Part shown: positions 1-12,684 of the stretch, in pieces
Position numbering within the stretch: position 1 is the stretch's first letter
Layout of the letters: every line of letters starts with the position of its first letter
Program-made: the position numbers and the translations under genes
NCBI GenBank assembly: GCA_951406725.2
Contig: OX597817.1
Coordinates: forward strand, 114,576,001-114,640,000
Length of the DNA: 64,000 nt
DNA from: Octopus vulgaris
Taxonomy: Eukaryota
Reading direction: 5' to 3'
Notes under the pieces: model-generated
The model's database searches: none
Seen by the model: only the letters and a program-made list of their open reading frames with translations
What the model was told of the DNA's origin: nothing

Positions 1-283
1 AAATATTGGTAGTACTTGTAATATCCTTTAGCTCCCTGTGGCTCGGATTCCAAATTGTTACTCACAAAATTGCTAGTCACTGTTAGCAAGGTCTAGCAGC
101 AACAAAAAAAAAGCACAAAAAAAAACCTAACAAAAGACAAAAAAATCCAAAGTTACTACCTTTATCTTAATTCCTGTCAGGTTATGTCATATAATGACAT
201 TGTTTTATCATGATGAATGTTGTATAGATCATCAACATTTATAGATACACTTCTATTGGCAATTATTGTTGTTACTGTAAAGG

Positions 284-323
<40 letters not shown>

Positions 324-324
324 A

Positions 325-535
325 ATATGTGACCGTGTGTGTATCGTTAGCAATTTTTTTCCCTTCATCTTCCCTTCCTTGGATCTTTCTTTTTCTGTGT
401 TTCTGACGAAGAGCTCCGCTCAAAACGTTAAATCCTCCTTCTTTCTTTCCTTTCCTGAGCCTCCAATAGCACTATACTTGTTCCACGTCCTTGCGTTGTG
501 TTTTCTCTTTGTGTTTTCATGTTTGGATTAACTTT
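325..535 (+). mobile_element. Short non-autonomous PLE-type repeat carrying a minimal hammerhead motif, between (TA)n tracts
   Basis: Discrete ~200-bp unit bounded by (TA)n on both sides; contains GTTT-CTGACGA-A-GAGC-TCC-GCTC-AAAA-CG-TT-AAAT. Confidence 0.55.
399..433 (+). ncRNA. Minimal type-I hammerhead ribozyme motif, G12>A mutated (probably inactive copy)
   Basis: CUGACGA core at 403-409, stem II GAGC/GCUC, (G>A)AAA-CG-UU, stem I GUUU/AAAU. Confidence 0.65.
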
Positions 536-538
536 ATA

Positions 539-581
<43 letters not shown>

Positions 582-720
582 TTTATTTATGAGTTAACCA
601 GGCTCCCATTGGTGTGATGCCTCTTAGCATGAAACCAATGGTAACCTGGTTAACTCACAAATATAGAATAGTTATCCACAACTGCTGTGCTGAGCAGTTA
701 TTCTCACTGTTCAGTATTAA

Positions 721-1090
721 TAGGCTGTATGGTAAGAAGCTTGCTTCCCAACCACATGGTTCTAAGTTCAGTCCCACTGTGTGGCACTGTGGGCAAGTAT
801 CTTCTACTTTAACCTTGAGCCAACAAAAGACTTCTGAGTGGATTTAGTAGAAGAAACTGAAAGAAGCCCACCATATATATATGTGTGTGTGTGTCTTTGT
901 GCCTATGTTTGTCACTGCTTGACAACTGATGTGTTCACATCCATGTAAGTTAGCAGTTTGGTGAAAGAGACTGCTAGAATAAGTACTAGGCTTAAGATAT
1001 TAACCCTGGGGTTGATTTGTTTGACTAAAATATCTTCAAGATGATGCTTCAGCATGGCCACAGTCAAATGACTGAAACAAGTAAAGGTAT
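721..1090 (+). mobile_element. tRNA-derived SINE, family B (CORE-like CCTTGGGCAAG motif, internal (TA)/(TG) tract)
   Basis: GGCTGTRTGGTAAGAAGCTTGC head, GTTCAGTCCC B-box-like motif, GACTGAAACAAGTAAA tail; many copies in window. Confidence 0.8.
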
Positions 1091-1458
1091 AAAAAATTAT
1101 ATGCAAGCATCACTGAGTGATTAAAAATTTTACTTTATAACCATATTTAGAATTCAATTCTACTGCATGGTGCTTTGAGCAATTGTCCTCAGAAATAATC
1201 TTGAGCTGACCGCTGTTGTGTGAATGAAATTTGGTTTGGTAAATAGAAACTGTATGGAATCCTACCATATGATTGGTGTGGTGTGATGTGTGTGTGTGTG
1301 TGTATGTGTGTATAATTGCAACAAAAATTAGCTATAAGGAATAACTATATGTGTGTGTGTATATATATATATAATAGAAATATTAAAATTACTAAGCCTC
1401 TTATATCAGCACAGCTTTAGTTTATATTTAGACTGCCGTATTAGTATGGCGATAACTA

Positions 1459-1533
<75 letters not shown>

Positions 1534-1547
1534 TTACAAGTTTAAAT

Positions 1548-1860
1548 GTCTGTTAAGAAGTTTGCTTCCCAACCATATGGTCCTTGGCTTAGTCCCACTG
1601 TGTGGCACCTTGGGCAAGTGTCTTGCCTTCTACTACAGTCCCAGGCTGACCAAAGGTGCATGAATAGATTTGGGAGATGGAAACTGCAAGAAATCCATTT
1701 TATAGACATATGTGTGTGTGAGAGAGTGTATGCAACACTTTGTTACAAGAAATATAGATGAGATATCTATACAATATATTCATATCCATAGATATATTTT
1801 ATGGAAGGTAGTGCCTCAGCATAGCCACAGTTCATTGACTGAAACAAATAGAAGATCAAT
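1548..1860 (+). mobile_element. SINE family B, decayed copy
   Basis: Same head and tail motifs as 721-1090. Confidence 0.65.
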
Positions 1861-2480
1861 GACAAGAAATACATAATTTACATTCATTGGAACTCATGGT
1901 GCTAGTTAATAAATCTATACATATGCTCTATAGCAAATTATAACAATGAAACCATGTACCACTAGCACACCAGTAATATAAGTGTGTGTATGTATATATG
2001 TGTGTGTGTACTTACAAACATACCTTCTTACTTAGAGAACCAGACGCATTCAATGTCAAAGACAAGATATAAAACACTGACCTCTATATGCTCATTGCAG
2101 CTGGTGTCCTGTTGACTCAGCCATTCACCCTCAAGTTTTGCATACAGCCTTTAGTCATGAGAAATTTACTGTAATAATAGCCAAAGGCATATTACCTCTA
2201 ATTTACCATCAATTCTGTTTTGTCATTGAAGCATCTACTGCTGTCTGCAGTGGAGAAGAATAATTGCATCATTTAGTGAGAATATCTGTTGATTTCATAG
2301 GAGACACTGCAACTGGTTGGCAACCAAGCATCAAAAGTCAATTTATTGTTCATAAGCCAAAAGGGAATCTCCATGTGATCACTGGGAATGCTAGAAATAG
2401 TAGCCACATAGTTCTCAAACTACACTGCTGATGTCTTGAAAAGGAAGGAACACATTGAACAATGTATTTCAAGGTATGCA

Positions 2481-2760
2481 ATCATCATCATCATCCTCAT
2501 CATCGTTTAACGTCCGTTTTCCGTGCTAGCATTGGTTTAGATGGTTCGACCGGGGTCTGGGAAGCCAGAAGTCCGCACCAGGCTCCAGTCTGATCTGGCA
2601 GTGCTTCTACAGCTGGATGCCCTTCCTAATGCCAACCACTCTGTGAATGTAGTGGGTGCTTTTTACATGCCACCGGCACAGGTGCCAGGGGAGGCTGGCA
2701 CTGGCCATGATTGGTTGGTGCTTTTTACGTGCCACTGGCACAGAAGCCAGTCAAGGCAAT
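2481..2760 (-). mobile_element. Family D: RTE-LINE 3' tail-derived short element ending in (GAT)n
   Basis: CAGCTGGATGCCCTTCCTAAYGCCAACCACTC block shared with the 3' UTR of the RTE at 17493-18338; (CAT)n terminus on +. Confidence 0.75.
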
Positions 2761-2862
2761 ACTTGCGAAAATGAAAAAGACAGTCATGACCACAATATAT
2801 TTGATTATAGGCTTGCTCAGTCAAAGCTGACTGTAAGATGCACAACAACAACAAGAGCAATT

Positions 2863-3065
2863 TTATTGTTGTTATTCAACCCAAGGTAAGCTTTGATCGA
2901 GCATACCTTTCCATAAATACATTCAGGTTGTTTCCATTCTGTCATTTCAAAAGATATGTAAGCCTGCATTATCTAATGTGGTCTTTCTTCATTTAAAGTG
3001 TAGGGTATGATTTGAGGAAGATATAGCTACTATCCTTAGCAAATCAAGTGAATGAGTAGAGGTTC
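2863..3065. mobile_element. Family F interspersed repeat (decayed, SINE-like)
   Basis: Motif GGTAGGGTRTGATTTGAGGRAGAT-GCTGCTATTTCTAGCAGG recurs near 2.4, 12.6, 13.1, 20.7, 22.2, 24.0-24.4 and 61.4 kb. Confidence 0.5.
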
Positions 3066-3305
3066 CTTCTTCACTTCACTTAATGAATACTTGCCTGTCT
3101 GCCAAAGAATACCTTTATCATTAGTTGCGCATGAGTTGGTTGCTCTGCTGCAAGAGGACAGATTTTGTTTGCACCGATATTGGTTTTCAGTCAATATTTG
3201 TTTTCTGTCAATGGATTTTAGTTGTAAAATAGCAGCAGAATAAATGTTTAAGGCATCTGGCACTTTATTCAATATTTCTATGCATCTTGATTGCATCTCT
3301 CTCTC

Positions 3306-3340
<35 letters not shown>

Positions 3341-4529
3341 TTTCTCTCTGTCTATTTATCTTTTCTTTTTATCTATCTACTTATGTCTATGTATGTATGT
3401 ATGTATGTATGTATCTATCTATCTATCTATCTTTCTCACTTTTTGTCTTTTTTCTTTCTTTCATTCTTTCTTTTTCATCTTTCTTTCACTCTTCCTTTTT
3501 TCTTTCTTTTGTTCTGTCTTTCTTTCTTTTCTTCCATTCTTTCTGTCTACACACACACACACACACACTTACACCATATTTATTAAAGTGCAATGCAGGC
3601 TTGAATATAATGTGGACTTCTTTTTTTTTTAGTAACTAAAAATTAGAAAATATATTTTATCTTCTTATATAACACAACCTCCATAGTTATCTATATATTT
3701 GAAAAATGAAAAAAAAAAAAAAAAAAACCAATGTAATATCATATCAAATTTTAAAACACATAAAACAAAACAAAACAAAAAGAAACTAAATATAAACACT
3801 AGAATTGGAATGGTTTCCTGGTTTTGTTCAATAACTTTTGCTTAAAAGCTATTGAGCCAAGTCTATAGCACAGCTTAAAAAAACAAGGTCATTGTTCATA
3901 AAATGAGTTTATCACTAAAAAAAAACCTCCAAATTCTTATTCATCCATCATTTGATTCTCCAAATAACTTTAGTCATTCTTCTTGATTTAGCTTTAACTT
4001 TTCATCACCGTCTCATCCTATCACTTTCTCATCTTTTTCATATAAACTTGCAGTGGTGTCTGTTGGTGCATTTTGATCATTCCACACTAGGTTATCTTCC
4101 CTTCCATCTCATTTACTTACTAATATCAGTTTTTTAGAAAAAAAGCTTTTAGAAATCACATGTTCAGATAAAATAGTCCAAACCACTTTAATCCAGATAG
4201 CAACAGAAGAAAGGCAAGGGGTCTTTTTATTTCTTTTTTTAAGATTTCTTCGTTTTTTTTCTTCTTTCTATCACTTCATCAGATGACATCCATGATATCC
4301 ACTGCATTTTGTCTTTATTCTTACTTAAATAGCTTGCTCAGAAACAATTTCAAAGAACTGAACAACACTTGTCAAATGACATGGTGATTCCAATTTAAGT
4401 TTTTATATCTCTGAATATATGTTTCATTTGTTGAGCAAGGTGAGCATTAGATTCATCCCACACCAACATTGCAGCTTCTGGTCATTTATCCAGTATTTTT
4501 CTCAGACATAATCCTGTGCATTACCCACT

Positions 4530-4800
4530 ACCTTCCTTCCTTCCTTCTTTGCTTCCTTCCTTGCTTCCTTCCTTCCTTCCTTCTTTGCTTCCTTCCTTCC
4601 TTCTTTGCTTCCTTCCTTCCTTCCTTCCTTCCTTCTTGCTTTCTTCCTTCCTTCCTTCCTTCCTTCCTTCCTTCTTTGCTTCCTTCCTTCCTTCCTTCCT
4701 TCCTTCCTTCTTTGCTTCCTTCCTTCCTTCTTTGCTTCCTTCCTTCTTTGCTTCCTTCCTTCCTTCTTTGCTTCCTTCCTTCTTCGCTTCCTTCCTTCCT
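4530..4800. repeat. (CCTT)n/(CTTTG) polypyrimidine tract
   Basis: Direct reading. Confidence 0.95.
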
Positions 4801-5084
4801 TTTTTTCTTTCAGGTGAAGTAAACAATAACGCCAGATGGAAAATTTTCACTTTTTGTGAGGATTGTCTTTCTTTTAAAACATATTCACGGTGGTTAGCTT
4901 TTGGTTCTGTGATTTAAATAACTTAAAAGCTGAAATAAAGTTTTTCTCATACTTTGTTATTCCAATACAAACAGGTTTATTTCCTATTTTACAAAGTGTT
5001 TTGTACTCTGAAATGCCAAACACCATGGATGTTTCATCCATATTTTCAAAATGACGCAGTTTGAAGTGATGATACTTTCACTCA

Positions 5085-5385
5085 TCTTTATATATAAAAG
5101 TGAAATTGTGTGAGTGTCTGTCTCCTACGATTTAGATTCCTAACTACTCCCACATTTTACGGTGCAGTTTAACCAAAAGCGGGTATCTTATAGTCGTGAT
5201 TCATATCGAGCCCTTCTGGGTATTAGCGCACGTCCATGATGAGTCTACGATTTAAAAAAAGTTTACCATCATTTTTTCCCATTTTTAATGCATTTTTTGC
5301 TATTATATAAGGGAAGTAACTCTCTAAAAATGCTTATATAGTTATTTCCCTTACAAACCCAAAGAACGCCAGGTGATTCTGCTAG
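5085..5385 (+). mobile_element. Non-autonomous Helitron, 301 bp
   Basis: 5' TCTTTATATATAAAAGTGAA, 3' CTAG, inserted between A(5084) and T(5386), degenerate subterminal hairpin; 5' end shared with the 48200-50327 Helitron. Confidence 0.85.
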
Positions 5386-5404
5386 TTTATTATAAAGCTG
5401 TTAT

Positions 5405-5975
5405 GCAGGTTGAGTTGCTACTTCTCTGCATTGAGAGGTCATGGTTCCCTTACTATGGATATGTGATTAGAATGTCACAGGAAAGACTTGCAAGACAGAT
5501 TCTTCAAGCTGAGTCAACCAACAGGAGAACACTGGCAGTAGACTAAAAACCAGATGGTTGCATAATATCCATAGTCTCAGTTTGAAAACCAGTCAAAAAG
5601 TATAAACCAGTTGGAAAACCAGTCAAAATGTATAAAATAAGGCGGTGAGCTGGCAGAATCGTTAGCACGCCAGGCGAAATGCATAACCATATTTCGTCTG
5701 CCATTACGTTCTGAGTTCAAATTCCGCCGAGGTCAACTTTGCCTTTCATCCTTTCGGGGTCAATAAATTAAGTACCAGTTATGCACTGGGGTCGATGTAA
5801 TTGACTTAATCCATTTGTCTGTCCTTGTTTGTCCCCTCTGTGTTTACCTCCTTGTGGTTAGTAAAGAAATAAGTATAATTATGGCTTCTTTGGATAGGAC
5901 TCTATGGAGGAGTTGCCTGAGGATTCTATCTCTATTATCCTTTCAAGAGTAGCAGGTGGAAAAGATGGGTGGTTG
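5405..5975 (+). pseudogene. RTE-clade LINE RT C-terminal/3' UTR fragment, interrupted by a SINE
   Basis: Translates as LLLCIERS..YYGYVIRMSQERLARQILQAES...R.KTRWL, matching the RTE C-terminal pattern RW.GHV.RM...R..GRP..RW; second copy at 22825-23165. Confidence 0.65.
5641..5875 (+). mobile_element. tRNA-derived SINE, family A, full length
   Basis: GGCGGTGAGCTGGCAGAATCGTTAG A-box region, GAGTTCAAATTCC B box, central TTGCCTTTCATCCTTTCGGGGTC domain, AAAGAAATA tail. Confidence 0.85.
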
Positions 5976-6374
5976 AATGGATTTTGCCGGTTCTGGATAG
6001 TGAAGCTGCTGTTCGCTTAGAAATTGTTTGCTGTTTGCCATTTTCTGCATTTAGGTTTTATTGTTTCTCTAATCTAATCTAATATTGCTCTCTGTGTTGG
6101 TATATGAGGAGTTTAATTTGTTAGTTGAATTATCAAGAGTAAAATATTTACAGAGTAAAATATTTACAGAGTAAAATATTTATTAATGTTTGTTATTCAA
6201 GGTTAAGGAATATGTTTAATATAAACTGTGAAATATTCTTACATACACAAATTACTCAAAACCTGTTCTCCTTCTTACAGCAATCTTTTATTACCTAACA
6301 TAAAGCTTCCTCCCTGACTACCATCGGCCTACTCATTTAAAGACGATCTTTGTTTGCAAGCCAAATGGTTACCT

Positions 6375-6575
6375 CACTAGTGATAGTACCACAAAAAAAG
6401 TACCTAATACACTTTGTAATATAATTGGCATTAGAGAAGGTGTCCAGTCATAAAAACCATGCCAAAGTATATATTGAAGTATGATGCAATTCTCCAACCT
6501 GTTGGGTTCTGTTAAACCATGTGACCTGTGCCAACATGGAAAATGGACATTAAAAGGACAGATGTTGATAATGAG
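6375..6575 (+). mobile_element. Family D (RTE-tail) decayed copy
   Basis: TTGGCATTAGAGAAGGTGTCCAG...CAACATGGAAAATGGACATTAAA. Confidence 0.55.
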
Positions 6576-8024
6576 GTCATTTGACAAATTTGTTAAAGCA
6601 TTAGATATGATGCCTTAAAGAAGTCATTTTGGCACAACGAATCAAAATTTACTTTAACTTTCCTTCTTTCAAGACTAATGAATAAGATATTAGTTCAGAG
6701 CAGTGGTTCAGTAGAATTGTTAGAGTCAGCTGACATGCTTTATGCTATCTGTTTCAAATTTTTGTGTTTTGAGCTGAAATTCTGCCTTTGGTAAATTGAA
6801 TCCATCACCCAGTTTAACACCACTACCACTGCCTTCAGTTGAACAGCATGGACAGGTAAGTCTATAACCTGTATAGATGATCTAGTAATGGCATACACAT
6901 ATTATCACTCAACAGCAGATCAGCAACAGCTAAATGGAAATATTAAAATGGCTATAAGTTTACAACAACTGCTAGAATATAACTGCTTACATGCAATAAT
7001 GTTGTTCAAACGTAAATAATCCTCAGAGCCCATTCAATTTTTCAGTTTTGTCAGCCTCCTCCGTCGAGAATTTAGTGTTTGAAGCATCACCAGTTATTGA
7101 TAATAGGAGCTATTGTTCTATATCTAATCGGAATAGGAGCTATAATTTGTAATCTAAAAGAAGGTTTTGTCTGAGATTATTTTATGATCCTATAGATCTT
7201 TGGATTCGCATTGCCATAAAGCATGGTACAATGAGTCTCTTGTATTTTTCTATCTGTTTCAGTCACAATGTTGATATTTGCTTTAGTGTTTATTTTTCGA
7301 TTCCAGAGATCTTAAGAATCATGCAACTAGTAAATCTGGTACAATGATAAATCTTGAAAATTTATATTAAGTTAATTAATTGTGTCTAGCCATCCAGAAA
7401 TATTTAGAATTTTCCAAGCTGGCTAGTTATTATTTCTCTCACAGTCAAAAATAAAATTTTAAAAAATTACAAAGACACACCAGCTAAAAAAGCAAAGCAA
7501 AACAGCATGATAGCAACGAATAAACTATAAATTGCAATAAAATTTTGCCCTCGGCTAATGATATCAGTATCAATCAAAATCTCAGAAAGATTAATTTTGA
7601 TTAAATAAAAGTTGTGTAAGTACTTACAGTTTTTCTTGGTAGCACGTGGCTCTGATGAGGTCTATGCTACTTTTTTTTCCTGTTTTCTTAACCATTTTTG
7701 TATTTCTTATTGATTAATCTTTCTCAGTATGAAAATTATTTTTGTTTAATTTATTATTACTAATTTTTCTTTTCCTTTTTTCTTTTTGTGTCTTGCTGTT
7801 TTTAGATGATTTCATTTTATATCTCTTGTTCATGTTGAGAATTTGTTTTCTTGTTGTTTATTTTTCTTGTTGTTTTGTTTATCAGGAATAACTTTGATCT
7901 ATATGTTCATTCTTTGCATCACATGTAATTTCATAATTGTCTTGAGTTCACTCTTAGCATCATATATCATTTTCTTATTGTTCTGAGTTCAAATTCCAAT
8001 AAGGTTGACTTTGTATTTCATGAT

Positions 8025-8200
8025 GAGAGTAACTGTCATCCTAGTGGTTGCAGGGGCACTCGGAGCACTAATGACCAAGTTTGAGAAATATGTTGGAGAA
8101 ATTGGAATTGACATGAGGGCAGAGCATGTCCGTCTATGTCCCTCAGAGCATGTCCCTCTAAAACTGCTCTATTAGGGACAGCTAAGAGTGTGTTATTGGT
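8025..8200 (+). pseudogene. R4/Dong-type (restriction-like endonuclease) LINE C-terminal fragment
   Basis: Translates as VTVILVVAGALGALMTKFEKYVGEIGIDMRAEHV...KTALLGTAK, matching V.PVVIGALG...QK.ALLGTARILR. Confidence 0.7.
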
Positions 8201-8383
8201 ACTTAAATCTCAAGTGTCTTCCATGATACTTAACATATAAATGTCAAGTCATATAATTTGTGGACCTTGTGAGGCCTTTGACTACAGGATGCTGTCCACT
8301 TTCACAGAATTAACCAGAGCAAGTAAGATCAAGAGTTCTGAGGAGTGAAATATGGTAATGATGATGATGTTGATGATAATAAT

Positions 8384-8597
8384 GATTAAATACAATGAGT
8401 TGAGATATGTGATTGAGCAGCTTTGAAAATGTAAGAGTGTAAAGGTAGGGCCACTAGTCATAGGTGGGTTGAGTACCATAAGCAGAAATTTCAAGAAAGC
8501 TGAGGAACATCTTGTTTGTGACATAAATTTCTCTGTTAAACAGAAAGCCTGTTTATTTAGGAACAGCAAGAATCTTAAGAAAGGTGATAAATATCTA
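8384..8597 (+). pseudogene. R4/Dong-type LINE C-terminal fragment (second lineage)
   Basis: IKYNELRYVIEQL*KCKSVKVGPLVIGGLSTI...KQKACLF/GTARILRKVINI*. Confidence 0.75.
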
Positions 8598-9197
8598 AAG
8601 TTGTGGGATGTGACTTGCTATCCAGTAGAATGAACTCCAAACTGGCAAGTTGACTCTTGAGCTTCATTCAAGTGCATCATGCCTTATTCTCTTTCCAGGT
8701 TAGGAACCACTGCCCTTTCCATGGTGTTGATTCTTCTGAGCATTTGAAGTTTCTGTAATCAAAAGTTTTTTTTTTCTGGGATCACATGATTAGCCCAATG
8801 CTCAATCTTCAAAACCTAAAGTGGGTTTGGTTTACTGTTGGAGTTTCCTACCCTTAGATGATTCCAGTGTTGCCCAAACTTACAAACCCTATCTGTAAGC
8901 CAATGTCTCGAGGGAACACCCACATTGATATGGTATGGGTGTGCAACTATAAAGTTCACCCCTGCCTATGGATGCTCTGAGTGCCCTAAACTAGGAGCTC
9001 TTTGCAGGACTTCCCAGAACATCGTATTTCTGGAATTCCTTTCCAGCATGCATGTTTGTTTCATTTTCCTGCAGTCTTTGATTTGCAGTTATTCAAGAGT
9101 AACACCAATCTCACTATGCTTGGATTACTACAAAATGCCATGGGCAAAGTCTCTACCTCCAGACCAAACTGAAAGGAAAAAGATTCTGATTAGGTGA

Positions 9198-9348
9198 ACT
9201 TTTCTTTCCTTCGTTCCTTCCTTCCACCCTTCCTTCCTTCCTTCCTTCCTTCCTTCCTTCCTTCCTTCCTTCCTTCCTTCCTTCCTTCCTTCCTCCCTCC
9301 CTTCATTTCTTCCTTTGTTCCTTCCTTTGTTCCTTCCTTCATTCCTTC
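9198..9348. repeat. (CCTT)n tract
   Basis: Direct reading. Confidence 0.95.
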
Positions 9349-10296
9349 CAGGGTCAGTAAAATAAGCACTGGTCAAGTACTGGGGTTTATAATTGACTGC
9401 ATCCCTTTTCTTACACAACATGGATTGACCTGCAGCTAGACAACAACAATAACAACAGCACTAACAACAACTAGCAGCAGGTTAAATAATTTCTATTATT
9501 CTCCAGAATATTCCATTATTGTCTACGCTGTACGTTGAATAAAGGTACAATATCTTGTTAGTTTCTTCAATATTAGAATTTATCAAACAAATGTTTATTA
9601 TTGTCTAACCTTTACCACCACATTGAAAACCATTACAATTTTTATCGTCTTTCATTCTCTGTCCAGTTTTCCATTCTTCATTTCCGTTTTTATACTGCTA
9701 TTCCACTGAAGTTCTTCAAATTAAAATGGTTTCCAAAGAAAAGAATGGCAGTACGTACGAGTGAAGCTTGGTGAGGTGAAATAGAGTTCAAATTTTGTTT
9801 GCAAATATAATTGAAAGAAATTTCTTACAAATACAAGCAGAATGGGAATTTTAAAGCAAATATAGACCTCAAGTGGAAATATTGGAGCGTGTTTTTCAGG
9901 CAATTAAACTTCAACTTTTGTGTTTTTGTCTACTCTACCTTCAGATCTGTCTCTTTTCAAATTTTCAAATCTCCTTCTGATGGTGTGTTTCTACACACTC
10001 TCTCTCACTCACTCACTCTCTCTCTCTCCTTCTCTCTCTTTCACACACACTTGTACATGCACAGACACAGGAATACACTTATGCATCCACATAAAGTGCC
10101 ATGTAGTCATGTAAGCACAAAACTCTTTGCCTTTGAGTCACTTTTGTAACTTTCTGGTAAGATATATATATATATATATGGATATTTACATGGTATTATT
10201 TATAGTTATATTTGCTTTGAGATCCACTGTTCCCAGAAATAAAAACAAATATATTCTTCAAGTTTATAAATTCATTCTTATGACATAACACCAATA

Positions 10297-10628
10297 TCAT
10301 CATCATCATCATCATCATCATTTAGCGTCTGCTTTCCATGCTAGCATGGGTTGGACGATTTGACTGAGGACTGGCGAACCAGATGGCTGCACCAGGCTCC
10401 AATCTGATCTGGCAGAGTTTCTACAGCTGGGTGCTCTTCCTAATGCCAACCACTCTGAGAGTGTAGTGGGTGCTTTTATGGGACCAGTCAGGCGGTACTG
10501 GCAATGGCCACGCTTGAAATTGTGTTTTTTACGTGCCACCTGCACAGGAGTCAGTTCAGCAGCACTGGCAACGACTTTGCTTGAATGTTTTGTTCATGTG
10601 CCACTGACGCAAGTGCCAGTAAGGCCAC
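10297..10628 (-). mobile_element. Family D (RTE-tail) element
   Basis: (CAT)n-TTTAGCGTCTGCTTTCCATGCTAGCATGGGTTGGACG...GCCAACCACTCTGAGAGTGTAGTGGG. Confidence 0.75.
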
Positions 10629-10814
10629 GTTATATATATATATATATATATATATCTATATATATACACACATGACATATATATGTATATCTCACACACA
10701 CACACATGATGACATCAGGCACCCAATAACTGTGTATGATCTTTGCACAACATTCTACAAGGTTTTTACTTGAATGTCACTTAACTATACACACACACGC
10801 ACACACACATGACT

Positions 10815-10970
10815 AGCTTCTTTCAGTTTCTATCTACCAAATTCACTCTCAGGGCTTTGGTGGTTGGCCTGGGGCTACAGTAGAAGACATTTACTCAAGG
10901 CGCAATGCAACAGGATTGAACCCAGAACTGTGTGGTTGGGATGCAAAATTATTACCACACAGCCATGCCT
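10815..10970 (-). mobile_element. SINE family B 5' half
   Basis: GCTTCTTTCAGTTTCTATCTACCAAAT...TTACCACACAGCC. Confidence 0.7.
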
Positions 10971-11920
10971 GAGTAGATTAAATGACCACAAAGAGGTTCC
11001 CCCAAAGTGAAATGTGTGTGGGCAATGAGGCATAGTAGGTTTCATTGCTACTGTTTAAATGGCATCAGTAGCCTGAGAAAAATGAAATCTCAAAGAAACA
11101 ATAGAAAGACATTGATTTTAAAAATAAATAAAAAGATAAAAACAAACCAAAACCAAAACAAGAAAATCAAACAAAAATATATTGGGTCAGTGAACGGACA
11201 CACTAGTAATTGTTGTTATTAAATAGTTATAATCCCTACTTAGAGAATAGTTATTACTAAACAGTTTTGATATTTCTTTTCAGACACTTATTTTACCATT
11301 CTTACACGAATTCTATGATATTTATTCACACAATAAACCATTCTTTACTCTTCTGCTATTCACTACACACACACACAACAACAACAACAACCTAAAACAA
11401 ATATATATTTTGAAAGACAAAAATCTTCAATTAATATCTTCTCTTTATTTGTCTATCTTAGCTACTGTTGAATTGCCAAGACTTTTATTTTATTTCTAGT
11501 CAGTAAAGAAATATATATATTTTTTTCCATTTATGTGAACCATTCTTTATAGCTATGACAAAATACTTGCTCCATAAAATGGTTCAAGTTTTGCCACTAT
11601 CTTTTCCATTTGAGTTTTTTTTTTTCTCACCATGAATAATTCCTTTAAAGCTTTAACACATTTTTTTTTTATATTTCTTTCCTTTGCTACTTTTCACAGA
11701 CCTCAGTCTGGGGGCTTTTTATTTCTCAAGATTTTATTTTATCCCATTCCACTGTCTCTCTCTTTTCACGACCACATATATGGCAGACCAGCAAAAACAA
11801 ACAAAACAAAAATCATGTCAGTGTTAACGTGCTTGCTCATAATCAATTTATTATTTATTATTATTATTATTTTTTTGATCTGATATTTCATGCCTCTTTT
11901 ACGTAGTCCCAGTGAGTGTA

Positions 11921-11955
11921 ATCATCAACGTCGTCATCATCAACATCATCATCAC

Positions 11956-11995
<40 letters not shown>

Positions 11996-12167
11996 TTCTT
12001 CTTCTTCTTCTTCTTCTTCTTCTTCTTCTTCTTCTTCTTCTTCTTCTTCTGCTACTGCTCCTGCACCTCCTGCTTCTCCTCCTTGTCCAAGTCGTAGTCG
12101 CCGTCGTCGTCGTCCTCCTCCTCCTCCTACTACTACCAGTACTACTACTACTACTACTACTACTACA
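11921..12167. repeat. Compound trinucleotide microsatellite (CAT)n(CTT)n(CTC/GTC)(CTA)n
   Basis: Direct reading. Confidence 0.95.
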
Positions 12168-12684
12168 TAATGGTGGCCTTAAAAGGATTAGTAGTAACAT
12201 GACTGCAACACATAAATGATGTGAACTGTGAATGGTCTTGTCTTGACCTCTCTCCGCTTCACCTTCTTCCCCTTCCCATCCCTCCCAACTCACTGTACTT
12301 ATTGATCTGCCTTCATTGAATCAAACACACTTAGCCAATGTACCTTATTTCATCATAACCACTTTATGTCTTCTTCGATAACATAACTGGATTACCTTCT
12401 CAATCCCTGCCTCTCCACCACCTTGCTGTCATCACTATATTCTCAATGGTTTGCCACCAATCTCTTAACTATTTTTGCAAATATAAGTTTGTTTCTGTAG
12501 CTGTATTGTCATATCTTTGTGTAAAGGCATCTGACCATCCCAATTATTATTTGGGACAGTATATATAAGGATGGTCATTAGCCAACATGTTTGTCCTTTT
12601 CTTTTAAGATACAGGGTGTGTTTAGATATTTGGCTGTTATTTTTAGCAGGTTGAGGAACTGTGTAGAAGTTCATTCATTTACTC

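Noticed and set aside
2091-2160. Minus-strand exon candidate (LYAKLEGEWLSQQDTSCNEHIE)
   Set aside because: Weak acceptor, unrecognised peptide, no partner exons
4813-4891. Exon after the (CCTT)n tract
   Set aside because: The acceptor strength comes from the microsatellite; the peptide is unrecognised
7046-7152. Possible terminal exon (LSASSVENLVFEASPVIDNRSY...)
   Set aside because: Short, no recognisable homology, no supporting upstream exon
7650-7670. CTGATGA motif (also at 4277, 26363 and 62626)
   Set aside because: No downstream stem II plus GAAA and no stem I; chance heptamers. No credible C/D snoRNA geometry either.
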